Assembly (NCBI GenBank): GCA_963728565.1
Contig: CAVSLC010000010.1
Span: forward strand, 128,001-192,000
DNA length: 64,000 nucleotides
Reading direction: 5' to 3'
Source: an uncultured delta proteobacterium
GTDB lineage: Bacteria > Desulfobacterota > Binatia > UBA9968
Shown here: piece by piece, positions 8,541 to 20,857 of the stretch
How positions within the stretch are numbered: position 1 is the first letter of the stretch
Layout: every line of letters begins with the position of its first letter
Translations under genes and position numbers: made by a program
Notes under the pieces: model-generated
What the model saw: only the letters and a program-made list of their open reading frames with translations
What the model was told of the DNA's origin: nothing
The model's database searches: none

Positions 8541-11500
8541 GTGAGCCGCAAATTCGCTAAATCCTCATCGATTCTTCTCGACGACAACCCGCTCTGGTAC
8601 CGGGATGCGGTTATTTACGAGGTGCACGTTCGCGCCTTTCACGACGGCAACGGCGACGGCATCGGTGATTTTCAGGGACTGAGCGAAAAGCTCGACTATC
8701 TCCAGGATTTGGGCGTGACGGCGCTATGGTTGCTGCCCTTCTATGTCTCGCCGCTCAAAGACGATGGTTACGACATCGCCGACTACACCCAGATCCATCC
8801 GGACTATGGAACGTTGCACGATTTTCGGCTGTTCTTGCGCGCCGCGCACGAACGTGGCCTTCGCGTCATCACCGAGCTGGTGATTAATCACACCTCCGAT
8901 CAGCATCCGTGGTTCCTCCGTGCGCGGGATGCCAAGCCCGGCACCAGCGCGCGCAATTTTTACGTCTGGAGCGACACGCAGGAGCGGTATCCCGAGGCGA
9001 GGATTATTTTCAAAGACTTCGAGCCGTCCAACTGGTCTTGGGATCCGATGGCCAAAGCCTATTACTGGCACCGTTTTTATTCGCACCAGCCGGACCTGAA
9101 CTTCGACAACCCGGAAGTACACAAGGCGATTTTCGATGCGCTCGATTTCTGGCTCGATATGGGCGTAGACGGGCTGCGCCTGGATGCCGTTCCTTATCTT
9201 TATGAGCGCGAGGGCACCAACTGCGAAAACCTTGCCGAGACCCATGCATTTCTCAAAAAGCTGCGCCAACATGTCGACAGCAAATACAAGAATCGCATGT
9301 TGTTGGCCGAGGCCAATCAGTGGCCCGAGGATGCAGTGGCTTATTTCGGCGATGGCGATGAATGCCATATGGCTTTTCATTTTCCGGTCATGCCGCGCCT
9401 TTTCATGTCCTTGTATATGGAGGATCGGTTTCCCATCATAGACATTCTCGATCAGACGCCCGCCATACCCGAATCCAGTCAATGGGCGTTGTTCCTGCGC
9501 AATCACGATGAGCTTACCCTTGAGATGGTGACAGATGAAGATCGCGACTACATGTATAAAGTGTATGCCAGCGATCCGCGGGCGCGGATCAATCTCGGGA
9601 TTCGGCGCCGGCTAGCGCCGCTTCTTGGCAACTAATCGCCGGCGCGTAGAGCTGCTCAATAGCCTGCTGTTCTCGCTGCCCGGCACCCCGGTGATCTATT
9701 ACGGCGATGAGATCGGCATGGGCGATAACATTTACCTTGGCGATCGCAACGGCGTGCGCACTCCAATGCAGTGGAGCGCGGATCGCAATGCTGGTTTCTC
9801 GCGCGCCAATCCGCAGCGCCTTTATCTGCCCGTGATCATCGATCCGGAACATCATTACGAGACCGTCAACGTCGATGCGCAGCAACAAAACCCGGCTTCG
9901 CTGCTTTGGTGGATGAAGCGGCTGGTGTTGTTGCGGAAAAATTATCAGGCATTTGGCCGGGGTAGCATCGAGTTTCTTTTGCCGGATAACCGCAAGGTAC
10001 TGGTGTTTGTCCGTCGTCTCGGCGATGAAATCATCCTGGTCGTGGCTAACCTTTCGCGTTTCGTCAACTACGTCGAGCTCGATCTGTCGGCGTACAAGGG
10101 CATGGTTCCGGTGGAGCTGTTCGGGCACACGCGCTTTCCCTCGATCGGTGAACTAACCTATTTTCTTACTCTGGGACCTCATGCATTTTATTGGTTCAAG
10201 CTCGAGCAGACGCGAGCTTCGGAAGCGCTCGCGGGAGTCGAGGGTTTCGAGCCGCCAACCTTGAAGGTGGAGGGTAGTTGGGAAGCTGTTCTTGCGGGCA
10301 GGCCGCGGACTATGCTCGAACGGAGCCTTCCCGCTTATCTTTTAACTTGTCGCTGGTTCGGTGGCAAAGCGCAGCAGATCCGGTCTGTGAAAAATGTCGA
10401 TGTCATTCCGTTTCCGGTGGACTCGGCAACTATTTACCTGACTACATGGGCGGTGGATTACATCGGCGGGACGCCGGAAACCTACCTGCTGCCGCTGGCC
10501 TACGCCAGCGGTGATCGCGCGTTCGAATTGCGCCAATCGGCGCCCCAGGCGCTCATCGCTCAGCTTAAGATCGAAGACGAATCGGGCGAAAGCGAAGGCA
10601 TCCTGTACGACGCGGTGCATGAGCCAGGTTTCCTCAAATCATTGCTGACCGCTCTGGCCGGGGGCGGCGATACAAAGACACCGGCGCCGAGCTTCTGGCG
10701 CAGCCGTCGAAAGTGTTTCGCAAACTGGTGGGAAACACCGAGAACCCGCTTGAACCATTGCTGATCAAACGTGATCAGAGCAACACTTCGGTAGCTTACG
10801 GCGATCGACTGATGTTTAAACTTTTTCGCCGGGTGACCGAGGGGCTGAATCCGGACGTTGAGATCGGCCGGTTTCTTACCGAACTGGAATTTGCCCATGT
10901 ACCGCCAATGGCCGGCCATCTGGAGCTGCGCAAGGGACGCGGCGAACCCGCCACCATCGGCATTCTGCAGGGGTTGGTAGCTAATGAAGGCGATGCCTGG
11001 CGCTACACTCAGGACAGCCTTGGCTATTACTTCGAAGAAGTTTTAACGCGTAAGGTCGAGGTCGGAGCCGCGAGTTTACCCAATCGTTCGCCGGTAGAAC
11101 TCGCCCAGCACGAGACTCCCGACTTGGCAAAAGAATTGATCGGTACTTACTTGGGATCGGCATGCCTGCTGGGCCAGCGCACTGGCGAGATGCACGTGGC
11201 GCTTGCGTCCGATAGCAAGGATCCGGCTTTTGCGCCGGAGCCGTTTACCCCTCTATATCGCCGTTCGCTTTATCAAAGCATGCGCAGTTTAGCCGACCAG
11301 TCTCTTGGGCTTATTGCAGAAGCGTTTGAAGCGGTTTCCGGAAGAAGTCCAGGAACATGCCGCAGAACTTTTAACTCTCGAGATCGAGATCTTCAACCGC
11401 TGCCGTCAACTGGTCGAACGAAAAATCGGCGGTATGCGAATTCGTTGTCACGGCGATTACCATCTCGGTCAGGTCTTATATACCGGCAAGGATTTCGTCA

Positions 11501-11910
11501 TCATCGATTTCGAAGGTGAGCCGGCCCGGTCAATAACCGAACGGCGTCTGAAACGCTCGCCGCTGCGCGACGTCGCTGGTATGCTGCGATCGTTCAATTA
11601 CGCGGTGCTGACCAAATTGCGCGGCGGCGCGCTGAGGCCTGAGGATGCGGTTCAGCTCAAGCCTTGGGGTCGCTACTGGGAGTTTTGGATTTCCGTCAGT
11701 TATCTGAACGGGTATTTCGACGTCACTCGACAATCCGGGTTACTTCCCAAAACCCGCGACGAGCTCAGCCTGTTGATGAATATTCTGTTGCTGGACAAGG
11801 CCATCTATGAATTGAGCTACGAGCTCGATAACCGTCCCGATTGGGTGGCGGTGCCGATCGAAGGGATTTTGGAATTGATTAAGACCAAGATGGCCGTCGG
11901 TTCGCAGTGA
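8541..11910 (+). CDS. treS: Trehalose synthase / maltokinase (TreS-Mak) fusion, split by three single-base frameshifts (about 9632, 10663, 11308)
   Basis: GH13 motifs ([38 protein letters not shown]) continue across ORF pieces into a Pep2/Mak kinase domain ([33 protein letters not shown]). Confidence 0.9.
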
Positions 11911-11993
11911 TATCTCTACCTGTTATTGTACTTCGTGAATGTTGGCGGTCGAGCAGAGGCTCCCCGTCTGCTTGGTCAAGGAGCTAAGTAATA

Positions 11994-13901
11994 ATGTCTA
12001 ATCGCGGCTTCAGCCTGATCACCGCCGATGACAGCCATCTATTCAATGAGGGCAGCCATTTTCGTCTTTATGACAAGCTCGGCGCCCACGTGGTGCAGCA
12101 CGCCGGCGAAAGCGGCACTTACTTCGCCGTCTGGGCGCCCAATGCGGAACAGGTTTCGGTGATCGGCAACTTCAACGACTGGGACAAGAGCCGCCAGCCG
12201 CTTTCTCCGAAAGGCAGCACCGGGATCTGGGAAGGCTTCGTTCCCGGCATCGGTCAAGGCAGTCTTTATAAGTATCACATCCGCTCGCGCGTGAGCGGTT
12301 ACCGCGTCGATAAGGCCGACCCTTTTTCTTGCTTCAATGAGATTCCGCCCAAGACCGCATCGATTGTCTGGGACCTCGACTATCAGTGGAACGATCAGGA
12401 GTGGATGGCCAAGCGCCAGCAGCATAACCGCCTCGACAAACCTATGGCGATCTATGAAATGCACATCGGTTCCTGGCGCCGCGTGCTCGAGCAAGGCAAC
12501 CGCTCTTTATCCTATCGAGAGTTGGCCGCACCGCTGGCCGAGTACCTTCAGCATCTGGGCTATACCCATGTGGAGTTTCTGCCAATCATGGACCATCCGT
12601 TTTTTGGCTCGTGGGGATACCAGATCACCGGTTACTTTGCCCCCTCCGGGAACTACGGCACGCCGCAAGATTTGATGTACCTGATCGATTATCTGCACCA
12701 GCACGATATCGGGGTTATTTTTGATTGGGTGCCGTCGCATTTTCCCACCGACGAGCACGGCCTGGCATTCTTCGACGGCACGCATCTTTACGAGCATGCC
12801 GACCCGCGCCAGGGATATCATCCCGAATGGAAGAGCTACATTTTCAACTACGGCCGTTCGGAGGTGCAAAGCTTTCTGATCAGCAACGCCATGTTCTGGC
12901 TCGACCGTTATCATGTCGATGATTTGCGCGTCGACGCGGTAGCCTCCATGCTCTACCTCGATTACGGACGCCGGCAGGGCGAATGGATTCCAAACAAGTA
13001 CGGCGGTCATGAAAACTTGGAAGCGATTAATTTTATCAGACGCATGAACCAGGAGGTGTACCAGCATTACCCGGCGATCCAGACAATCGCCGAAGAGTCG
13101 ACTTCCTGGCCGATGGTTTCGCGTCCCATCTATCTCGGCGGTCTAGGTTTTGGGCTGAAGTGGGACATGGGCTGGATGCATGACACCTTGGAGTACATGA
13201 GCCGCGATCCGGTGCATCGGCGCTATCATCACAACAAGCTGACCTTTCGGATGATCTACGCATTCCATGAAAACTTTGTCTTGCCGCTTTCTCACGACGA
13301 GGTGGTCTATGGCAAAGGTTCCTTGCTGGGCAAGATGCCCGGCGACCGCTGGCAGAAGTTTGCCAACCTGCGCGCGCTCTATGGCTATATGTATGCGCAG
13401 CCGGGCAAGAAGATGCTTTTCATGGGCGGCGAGTTCGGCCAGCCCAGCGAATGGGCGCACGACGGCAGCTTACCCTGGGAATTGCTGAGCGATCCAATGC
13501 ATCGAGGATTAAAGGACTGGGTCAGCGATCTCAATCATTTGTATCGCAACGATCCCGCGCTTCATGAGCTCGACTGTGATCCCGGCGGTTTTGAGTGGAT
13601 CGATTGTGACGATGCCGAGCATAGTGTGATCAGTCTCATTCGCAAGGGAAAATCGACCCAGGATTTGATTCTAGTGGTCTGTAATTTCACCCCGGTGCCA
13701 CGTTACAGCTACCGATTAGGAGCGCCGCGGGCGGGGCACTGGGAAGAATTGTTGAACAGCGATTCTGCCCGTTACGGCGGCAGCAATATGGGCAACTTGG
13801 GCGGCGTCTCAACCGTGCCGATCCCGCTCCATGCGCGGCCGCACTCGTTGACCCTCACCTTACCGCCGCTGGCGGTTTCGCTGTTTAGAAATTCGGGATG
13901 A
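11994..13901 (+). CDS. glgB: 1,4-alpha-glucan branching enzyme
   Basis: Motifs FAVWAPNA, YEMHIGSW, DWVPSHFP, LRVDAVASMLYLDY, IAEEST, LSHDEVV. Confidence 0.95.
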   Translation: MSNRGFSLITADDSHLFNEGSHFRLYDKLGAHVVQHAGESGTYFAVWAPNAEQVSVIGNFNDWDKSRQPLSPKGSTGIWEGFVPGIGQGSLYKYHIRSRVSGYRVDKADPFSCFNEIPPKTASIVWDLDYQWNDQEWMAKRQQHNRLDKPMAIYEMHIGSWRRVLEQGNRSLSYRELAAPLAEYLQHLGYTHVEFLPIMDHPFFGSWGYQITGYFAPSGNYGTPQDLMYLIDYLHQHDIGVIFDWVPSHFPTDEHGLAFFDGTHLYEHADPRQGYHPEWKSYIFNYGRSEVQSFLISNAMFWLDRYHVDDLRVDAVASMLYLDYGRRQGEWIPNKYGGHENLEAINFIRRMNQEVYQHYPAIQTIAEESTSWPMVSRPIYLGGLGFGLKWDMGWMHDTLEYMSRDPVHRRYHHNKLTFRMIYAFHENFVLPLSHDEVVYGKGSLLGKMPGDRWQKFANLRALYGYMYAQPGKKMLFMGGEFGQPSEWAHDGSLPWELLSDPMHRGLKDWVSDLNHLYRNDPALHELDCDPGGFEWIDCDDAEHSVISLIRKGKSTQDLILVVCNFTPVPRYSYRLGAPRAGHWEELLNSDSARYGGSNMGNLGGVSTVPIPLHARPHSLTLTLPPLAVSLFRNSG

Positions 13902-14025
13902 GTAGCGAGGCGATAAGAGAGTGACTTCGCCGCCAAGCAAATTCCACATCAAAGAGTTCGAAGATCGAAGATTTCTGTAGGAAATCGCCGACCGGTACCC
14001 GCCATGAACAAACTCGTCAGGGGAC

Positions 14026-14053
14026 AAAAAAAGGTCCCCTTGGGGGGACCTTT
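14026..14053 (-). terminator. Rho-independent terminator of hsp20
   Basis: Minus-strand hairpin AGGTCCCC-CCAA-GGGGACCT followed by a T run. Confidence 0.75.
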
Positions 14054-14094
14054 GTAGCCGCCGGGAGAGGCGGGTTAAAAAGCCGGTTGCTAAA

Positions 14095-14565
14095 TTACGC
14101 GGCTTTGGATTCGAACTTCTTGTTCTCTTTGTGCTCGATCTGAACCGGGATCTTGCGTCCAGTAAGCTGCGCCGGAAGCGGCACATGGATCTCAAGAACA
14201 CCATGTTCATAGCGGGCGGCAATCTTGTCGGCTTCGATGCCTTGCGGCAGAGCTACCGTTCGTTCGAATTTGCCGTAAGAAGTCTCCTGATAACCCTCTC
14301 GCTTCTCTTCTGATTTTCGTTCCCCGGAGATGGACAGAACATTTCCTTCCGCCTGGACCTGCACGTCATTGGGATTTACGCCCGGGAGATCGAATCGTAA
14401 GACGTACTCATTGTCCTTGCGGTATGTCTCCATCCGAGGCACCCAGTTGCCCAAAGAAGAAGTAGCTTCAGAGCGTCCGAAGAACCGACTAAACAGGTCG
14501 TCAATATCACGGTGCCAGTTTGACAGTTCCTCCGACGGATTAAATCTCATCAGTTCACCGAACAT
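14095..14565 (-). CDS. Hsp20/alpha-crystallin small heat-shock protein
   Basis: Motifs DLPGV, LSISGER, YGKFERTVALP, ARYEHGVLEIHVP; AAGGAGG RBS. Confidence 0.92.
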   Translation of the reverse strand: MFGELMRFNPSEELSNWHRDIDDLFSRFFGRSEATSSLGNWVPRMETYRKDNEYVLRFDLPGVNPNDVQVQAEGNVLSISGERKSEEKREGYQETSYGKFERTVALPQGIEADKIAARYEHGVLEIHVPLPAQLTGRKIPVQIEHKENKKFESKAA

Positions 14566-14752
14566 ACCTAGTACCTCCTTTCGTCTTCGTTAATTTCTGA
14601 CTGAAATTTAATCGTGATAAGGAGCTAGTCAAGGTCTGCCAGCGCAAAATTTCCGGTCTTAATCCACATGATTGTAAGCAGGTGACGAGAGTCCATTCAG
14701 GGTCCTCGGGCGTAGCGCACTCGGAAGCGCTACACCACACAGGTGTTTCCAG

Positions 14753-14780
14753 TTGACACCCGAGTTTGTTCTTGGATAAT
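14753..14780 (+). promoter_or_regulatory. Putative sigma70 promoter (TTGACA-N16-GATAAT)
   Basis: Perfect -35 and near-consensus -10 upstream of the haem-propeller genes. Confidence 0.45.
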
Positions 14781-14905
14781 CTCCGGCGGCAGTGCTGAGA
14801 ACGTTTAGACTTGATTGTTCGATGGCGAGCATGGGTGGTCGGAGGCGTTCGCAGATCTGCTGGATTGGTATTTTGATGCTTCGTGAACTGAAGGGAGCCG
14901 CTGGG

Positions 14906-17045
14906 ATGAGAAGGAAACAAAGTCTTTACCTGAGCATAATCGGCAGTACTCGTCGCCGCCGTTATCGCCGCTTGCGCTGCCCAAAAGAGCGACGAAGCAA
15001 GCGCGGTACGGATCGATAACGATGATATCGGAGGCGTAGTCACGAGCGCAAAGGGACCGGAGGCCGGTGTCTGGGTAATCGCCGAAACCAACGATTTTCC
15101 CACTCGATTTGCACGGATGGTGGTCACCGATGATCAGGGCCGATACCTGCTTCCCGATTTGCCGAAGGCCAATTACAACCTGTGGGTGCGCGGCTATGGC
15201 CTGGTCGATTCGGAGAAAGTCAAGGCGGCTCCCGGCAACATCGTCAATCTCACGGCGACGATCGCGCCCAACGAAGCGGCCGCGGCGCAATATTATCCCT
15301 CGGTCTATTGGTATTCGATGATGAAGGTTCCCGACAAAGGTGAGTTCGGCGGCAAAGGCAAGATTCCAGCGAAGCTGACACAGAATGAATATCTAAACTT
15401 GATAAAGAGCAACGGCTGCGCCAATTGCCATTCGATAGGCCAGCGCTCGATGCGCACGTTTCCTGCGGATGTGCCATTTCCTCTGGGCAAGTTCGCCAAT
15501 TCACAAGAGGCGTGGTTCCGACGACTCCAGTCGGGACAAGGCGGCCACACCATGTTTCGCGATGCCGTTAAAGAACTCGGCGGCGCCGTTATCCCTTATC
15601 TTGCTGACTGGACCGATCGCGTTGCTAAGGGCGAACTGCCGCACGCTAAACCGCAGCGGCCTCAAGGCGTCGAGCGCAATATCGTCGTCACTACCTGGGA
15701 CTGGCTTGATGACAAACATTATCTGCACGACCTGATCGCTTCCGATCGTCGTTTTCCAACTGTGAATGCCTACGGCCCGGTGTACGGCTCGACCGAGCTT
15801 AGCGTAGACGTTATCCCGATCCTTGATCCGAAGTCTCACACTACCAAAAACTTCCCAACTCCCGTGCGCGATCCGGATACGCCCCCTGCTACGGCAGATA
15901 AACCGATGCAGCCATCGCCTTATTGGGGCAACGAACAGGTATGGAAGAGCAAGGCTAACAATCACAACGGCATGTTCGACCGTAACGGACGAGTGTGGTT
16001 CGCGGCGGCGGTTCGCGGCCCCGATAATCCGGCGTTTTGTAAGAAGGGCTCTGACCACCCTTCGGCCAAAGTATTCCCGACGGAACGCGCGAACCGCCAC
16101 CTTTCCATGCTCGATCCCAAGACCATGAAGTACACGTTTATCGACACCTGCTTCGGGACGCATCATCTACAGTTTGACGCCGACGACAGACTGTGGACCA
16201 GCGGTGGGGGTCAGGTGGTGGGATGGCTTGACATGAAGGTATTTGATCAGACCGGCGATGCGGCCAAAGCGCAGGGATGGACGCCAATGATCCTGGACAC
16301 CAACGGCAACGGCAAGCGTGACGCGTACGTGGAGCCGAACCAGCCGGTGGATCCAACCAAGGACAAGCGAATCTCGGCCGGCTTTTATGCGGTAATGCCG
16401 AACCCGGCCGACGGCTCGGTGTGGGGCTCGTTCCGGAGTTTTCCGGGGGCAATCGTGCGCATCGCGCCGGGTCCAAATCCCTCGGAGACTGCGCTCGCGG
16501 AAATCTATAATGTGCCGCTGCCTGGCTTTGGCATTCGTGGCGCCGACATCGACAAGAAAGGCGTCGTTTGGGCATCCCTCGCGAGCGGACATCTCGCTAG
16601 TTTCGACCGCAGCAAATGCAAAGGACCTCTCAACGGTCCGAAAGCGACCGGCGATCACTGCGCCGAAGGCTGGTCATTCTACAAGTATCCTGGCCCCGGC
16701 TTCCAGGGCATCGGCGACAACAGCGCGGAGTCGAGCTACTACTCCTGGGTCGATCAGCACAACACCTTTGGGCTCGGCGAAGACGTGCCGATGTCCACCG
16801 CCAATTTGCAGCACGGTTTGGTCGCAATGAAGGACGGCAAGATGATCCTGTTGACCGTGCCGTATCCGATGGGGTTTTACGCAAAGGGCTTTGACGGGCG
16901 CATCGATGATCCCAAAGCCGGTTGGAAAGGGCGCGGCTTGTGGAGCTCGAGCGGCGACCGCACGCCATGGCTAATGGAGAACGGCAAGGGGTCCAAGCCG
17001 CTCGCGGTGCATTTCCAGCTCCGGCCTGACCCGTTGGCGAAGTAA
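14906..17045 (+). CDS. Secreted (lipo)protein: carboxypeptidase-regulatory-like Ig domain + CxxCH haem motif + beta-propeller (paralogue 1); frameshift at about 14938
   Basis: ATG at 14906 gives MRRKQSLYLSI; after a frameshift the frame reads SAVLVAAVIAAC (lipobox)...IGGVVTSAKGPEAGVWVIAET, joining ORF 15117-17045. Motifs CANCH, YLHD, NNHN, THHL, DTNGNGKRD. Confidence 0.8.
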
Positions 17046-17259
17046 ACGACGCGAAGCACCCGATAAATCAGGACGGGGCGGAGTCTCATGCCTATCTGTT
17101 GGACGCGCGAGACTTCTCCCCGTTCCCATTTTCATAGGTAAAGCTCACAGCTCGCGGAATGGGACGTCGAAGCGTAAGCGAGCACCGCAATCTGCCGCGC
17201 GCATCATTACTCAAGTGGTTTAATTAAGAGCTAACTGTGGAAGCGAAAGGAGCCGCCCC

Positions 17260-19424
17260 ATGAAGAGGACAAAGTTTCATTCAGGTGTGCTCTTGGTTGG
17301 CCTGATCGGTTTGCTGGCGGTCATGCCGGTTGAACTGGACGGTCAACAATCAAAGAATGTAACCGTGCGCATCGATGCCGACGACATCGGCGGCGTTGTA
17401 ACTGGTGCCAATGGACCGGAAGCCGGTGTTTGGGTCATCGCCGAGACCAATGATCTTCCCACCAAGTACGCCAAGATCGTCGTTACCGACGATTACGGAC
17501 GTTACGTAATCCCCGATCTTCCAAAAGCTGACTACACCGTGTGGGTGCGCGGCTATGGCCTGATCGATTCGCCGAAGGTTAAGGCTGCGCCCGGCAAAAC
17601 CATTAACTTGAGGGCTCTCGCGGCCCCGGATCAAGCCAGGGCTGCGGAATATTATCCGGCGATTTACTGGTACTCCATGCTGAAGATCCCGGAGAAAGCC
17701 GAGTTCCCCGGAACCGGCGAGAACGGCAATGGGATTGGAGAAATTATCAAAAGTCAGCACGAGTGGCTCAATATAGTTAAAACCAACGGCTGCATGTCGT
17801 GCCATCAACTGGGCAACAAAGCGACCCGGACGATTCCGAAAGAACTGGGCGAGTTTAAATCCTCCGCCGACGCATGGCAGCGCCGGCTTGTATCCGGACA
17901 GGCGATGACTACGATGCTCACCCGCGTTAAAGAACTTGGCCCCAAAAATCGGTGGGACTCTGGGCTGATTGGACGGATCGAATCGCCGCCGGTGAATTTC
18001 CGAAATCCAAGCCGGAGCGGCCACAGGGTGTAGAACGCAATGTTGTTATCACCATGTGGGACTGGAGCCGCGCGACAGCTTATCTTCACGATGAGATCTC
18101 CACCGATAAGCGCAATCCCACCGTTAACGCCAATGGCTTGATCTATGGTGCCACTGAATTGAGCACGGACTTCGTCCCGGTGTTGGACCCGGTTCGGCAT
18201 AAGGCGACGGAAATCAAGCACCCGGTGCGCGATCCCAACACGCCGTCGGCGAAAACCGATCCGATGACTCCATCTCCTTATTGGGGCGCGGAGCCGATAT
18301 GGGATAGCCAGTCCAATCATCACAATCCGATGATGGATGAAAAAGGTCGTGCATGGTTTACCGCGCGGGTACGTTCGCCGGAGAACCCGGAGTTTTGCAA
18401 GAAGGGCTCGGACCATCCATCGGCTAAGATATTCCCATTGAACAGCGCTAACCGGCACCTCTCGATGTATGATCCGAAAAGCAAAAAGTTTACTCTCATC
18501 AGCACCTGTTTTTCCACGCATCATCTGGTTTTCGCGGAAGACGCCAATCATACTTTATGGACGAGTGCGGGTGGTGCGGGCGGCGGCGCCATAGGCTGGC
18601 TCAACCGCAAGATGTTCGAGGAGACCGGCGATGAAGCCACATCCCAGGGCTGGTCACCGTTTATCCTGGATACTAACGGCAACGGTAAACGGGACGAGTA
18701 CGTCGAGCCCAAGGAGGCGGTAGATCCCGCAAAAGATAAGCGGGTTGTCATTGGCTATTACGGGGTCGCGGTGAACCCTAGAGACGGTTCTGTCTGGGGT
18801 AGCTCCCTGGGCTTTCCCGGCTATGTCGTCAGGTTCAACCCGGGGCCGAATCCAAACGAGACCGGTCTGACGGAAATCTACGAAGCTCCGGCCGAGGCTA
18901 ATGGTTACGGCGTGCGTGGCATGGACATCGACCGCAATGGCGTCGTTTGGGTTTCACTTTCGAGCGGGCATCTCGGAAGTTTCGATCGCCGCAAATGCAA
19001 AGTCCTCAACGGTCCTACCGCTACGGGGAAACATTGTCCAGAAGGATGGGCGCTTTATCAGTTTCCCGGACCACAGTTTCAAAACGTGACGGAATCCGGC
19101 AGCGTCGAGTCCAGCTACTATACATGGGTGGATCAATTCGATACCTTCGGTTTGGGCAAAGATGTGCCGATTGCAACGGGTAACATGAATGACTCGCTGT
19201 TAGCTTTGGTTGACGGCAAGTTCGTTACACTCCGCGTTCCCTATCCAATGGGCTTCTACGCCAAGTGGATGGATGGGCGCATCGATAATCCGAAAGCCGG
19301 CTGGAAAGGCAAAGGATTGTGGTCAACCTATGCATCTCGAGCGCCATTCCATATGGAAGGCGGCAAGGGCACACGGCCGAAGGTCTACAAATTTCAGCTT
19401 CGACCCGACCCTCTAGCGAAGTGA
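17260..19424 (+). CDS. Secreted Ig-like + CxxCH + beta-propeller protein (paralogue 2); frameshift at about 17948
   Basis: Signal peptide, IGGVVTGANGPEAGVWVIAET, CMSCH; continues in ORF 17952-19424 with YLHD, NHHN, THHL and ends FQLRPDPLAK like paralogue 1. Confidence 0.8.
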
Positions 19425-19619
19425 CAGCCAGACCCCTGTCATCCCGAGGAATGCGAGGGCTCTTAGAATGATTTCTCTTGGATGGCAGATGTAAAGCAGA
19501 GCGCGTCTTTGTCCTCCAGTCACTCGACCACGACGAACGTAAAATAGCTTTGAGTAGCGGAGATTGTTTAGCAATTGGGTGTGAAGCCTGGAACGAACTT
19601 CCCGAACAGGAGTGTACGC

Positions 19620-20627
19620 ATGAAGCGTAGTGTTTTGAGCGCAACCGTTTTGGGGTGCGCGCTCTCGGCTACCACATTGTCCGCGGCAGAAATCCAAAGT
19701 AGTGCCGCGCGCGCGAGCGGCTGGAGTGTGAAAACGCCTCTGCCGCGAACCAATTCCGAGTTCGGTGTCGTCGAACTAGACGGCAAGATTTACGTCATGG
19801 GTGGCTATCCGGCGGATCGTAAAACCGTCGCCGAAGTCCAGGTCTACGATTCGAAAACGGACAGATGGCAGATCATCGCGCCAATGCCCCAAGCGCTTAA
19901 TCACATCATGCCCGCGGCAGTGAACGGCAAGATCTATGTAATTGGCGGACAGACGACCGAAAGCAGCGAACCGGACAAGGCGGGATTCGTCAATACGGTT
20001 TACGAGCACGATCCGGCAACCGGCAAGTGGGCCGCTCGCGCGCCGATGCCGACGATGCGCGGCGGCGGCGTCGCGGCAGTTGTCGATGGAAGAATCTATG
20101 TCGCCGGGGGCCGCCCGCCGGGCGGACATGATTTCGCCGTTTATGATCCGAAGGCGGACAAATGGACGACGCTCGCGAATTTGCCAACGCAGCGAAACCA
20201 TCTCGCAGCCGGCGCTCATGACGGCAAAATCTATGTCTTCGGCGGGCGTTTCGAGGGCGGCTTTCGCAGCAAGACCACGGATGCGGTAGAGGTCTTCGAC
20301 CCCAAGACGAATTCATGGTCGGCGAAAAAATCGATGCCCAAACCGCGCGGCGGTGTCAACGGCATCTTCGCCAACGGGTGCTTTCATCTGTTTGGCGGCG
20401 AGGGCAACCCGAATCATCCTTACGGTGTTTTTCCAGATCACGACTACTATAATCCAGCTACGGATACCTGGCATGCCCTGGAGCCGATGCCGATTGCGGT
20501 GCATGGTGTGACCGGACTGGCATTCATCGATGGCAATATTCATTTGCCGGGCGGCGGCACGGCTCAAGGCGGGAGTAGCGGCTCAACGATCCACCAGGTT
20601 TACCGTCCCAGCATGAGTTGCCGCTGA
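19620..20627 (+). CDS. Secreted Kelch-repeat beta-propeller protein
   Basis: AGGAG RBS, signal peptide, six Kelch repeats (GKIYVxGG...YDP...W). Confidence 0.85.
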   Translation: MKRSVLSATVLGCALSATTLSAAEIQSSAARASGWSVKTPLPRTNSEFGVVELDGKIYVMGGYPADRKTVAEVQVYDSKTDRWQIIAPMPQALNHIMPAAVNGKIYVIGGQTTESSEPDKAGFVNTVYEHDPATGKWAARAPMPTMRGGGVAAVVDGRIYVAGGRPPGGHDFAVYDPKADKWTTLANLPTQRNHLAAGAHDGKIYVFGGRFEGGFRSKTTDAVEVFDPKTNSWSAKKSMPKPRGGVNGIFANGCFHLFGGEGNPNHPYGVFPDHDYYNPATDTWHALEPMPIAVHGVTGLAFIDGNIHLPGGGTAQGGSSGSTIHQVYRPSMSCR

Positions 20628-20857
20628 CGAGAGACCCTGTCACTCATAGACGCGTCATTTGTCGGTCAATGATTCGCTCTCCTGCAGCAGGAACGGATAC
20701 GCCTTTCGTCGTCGGCAGCCTTGCGGCTTCAATCTTATAAGAACGAGCGCTCAATTTAAGACTTTTCTGTTGGTCATCTCGTCAAGAGAGCAAGCAAACG
20801 ATCCTGCATGGCAACGCAGAAGAGTTCTACCGCTTTGAAGTTCAAGGCGTGGACCCC

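Noticed and set aside
14906-19424. Duplicated region as an assembly artefact or DGR-like repeat
   Set aside because: The copies diverge throughout with synonymous changes and indels, and there is no reverse transcriptase. They are true paralogues.
19437-19480. REP-like TGTCATCCCGAGGAATGCGAGGG motif
   Set aside because: A single degenerate copy in the window with no RAYT transposase; too weak to call.
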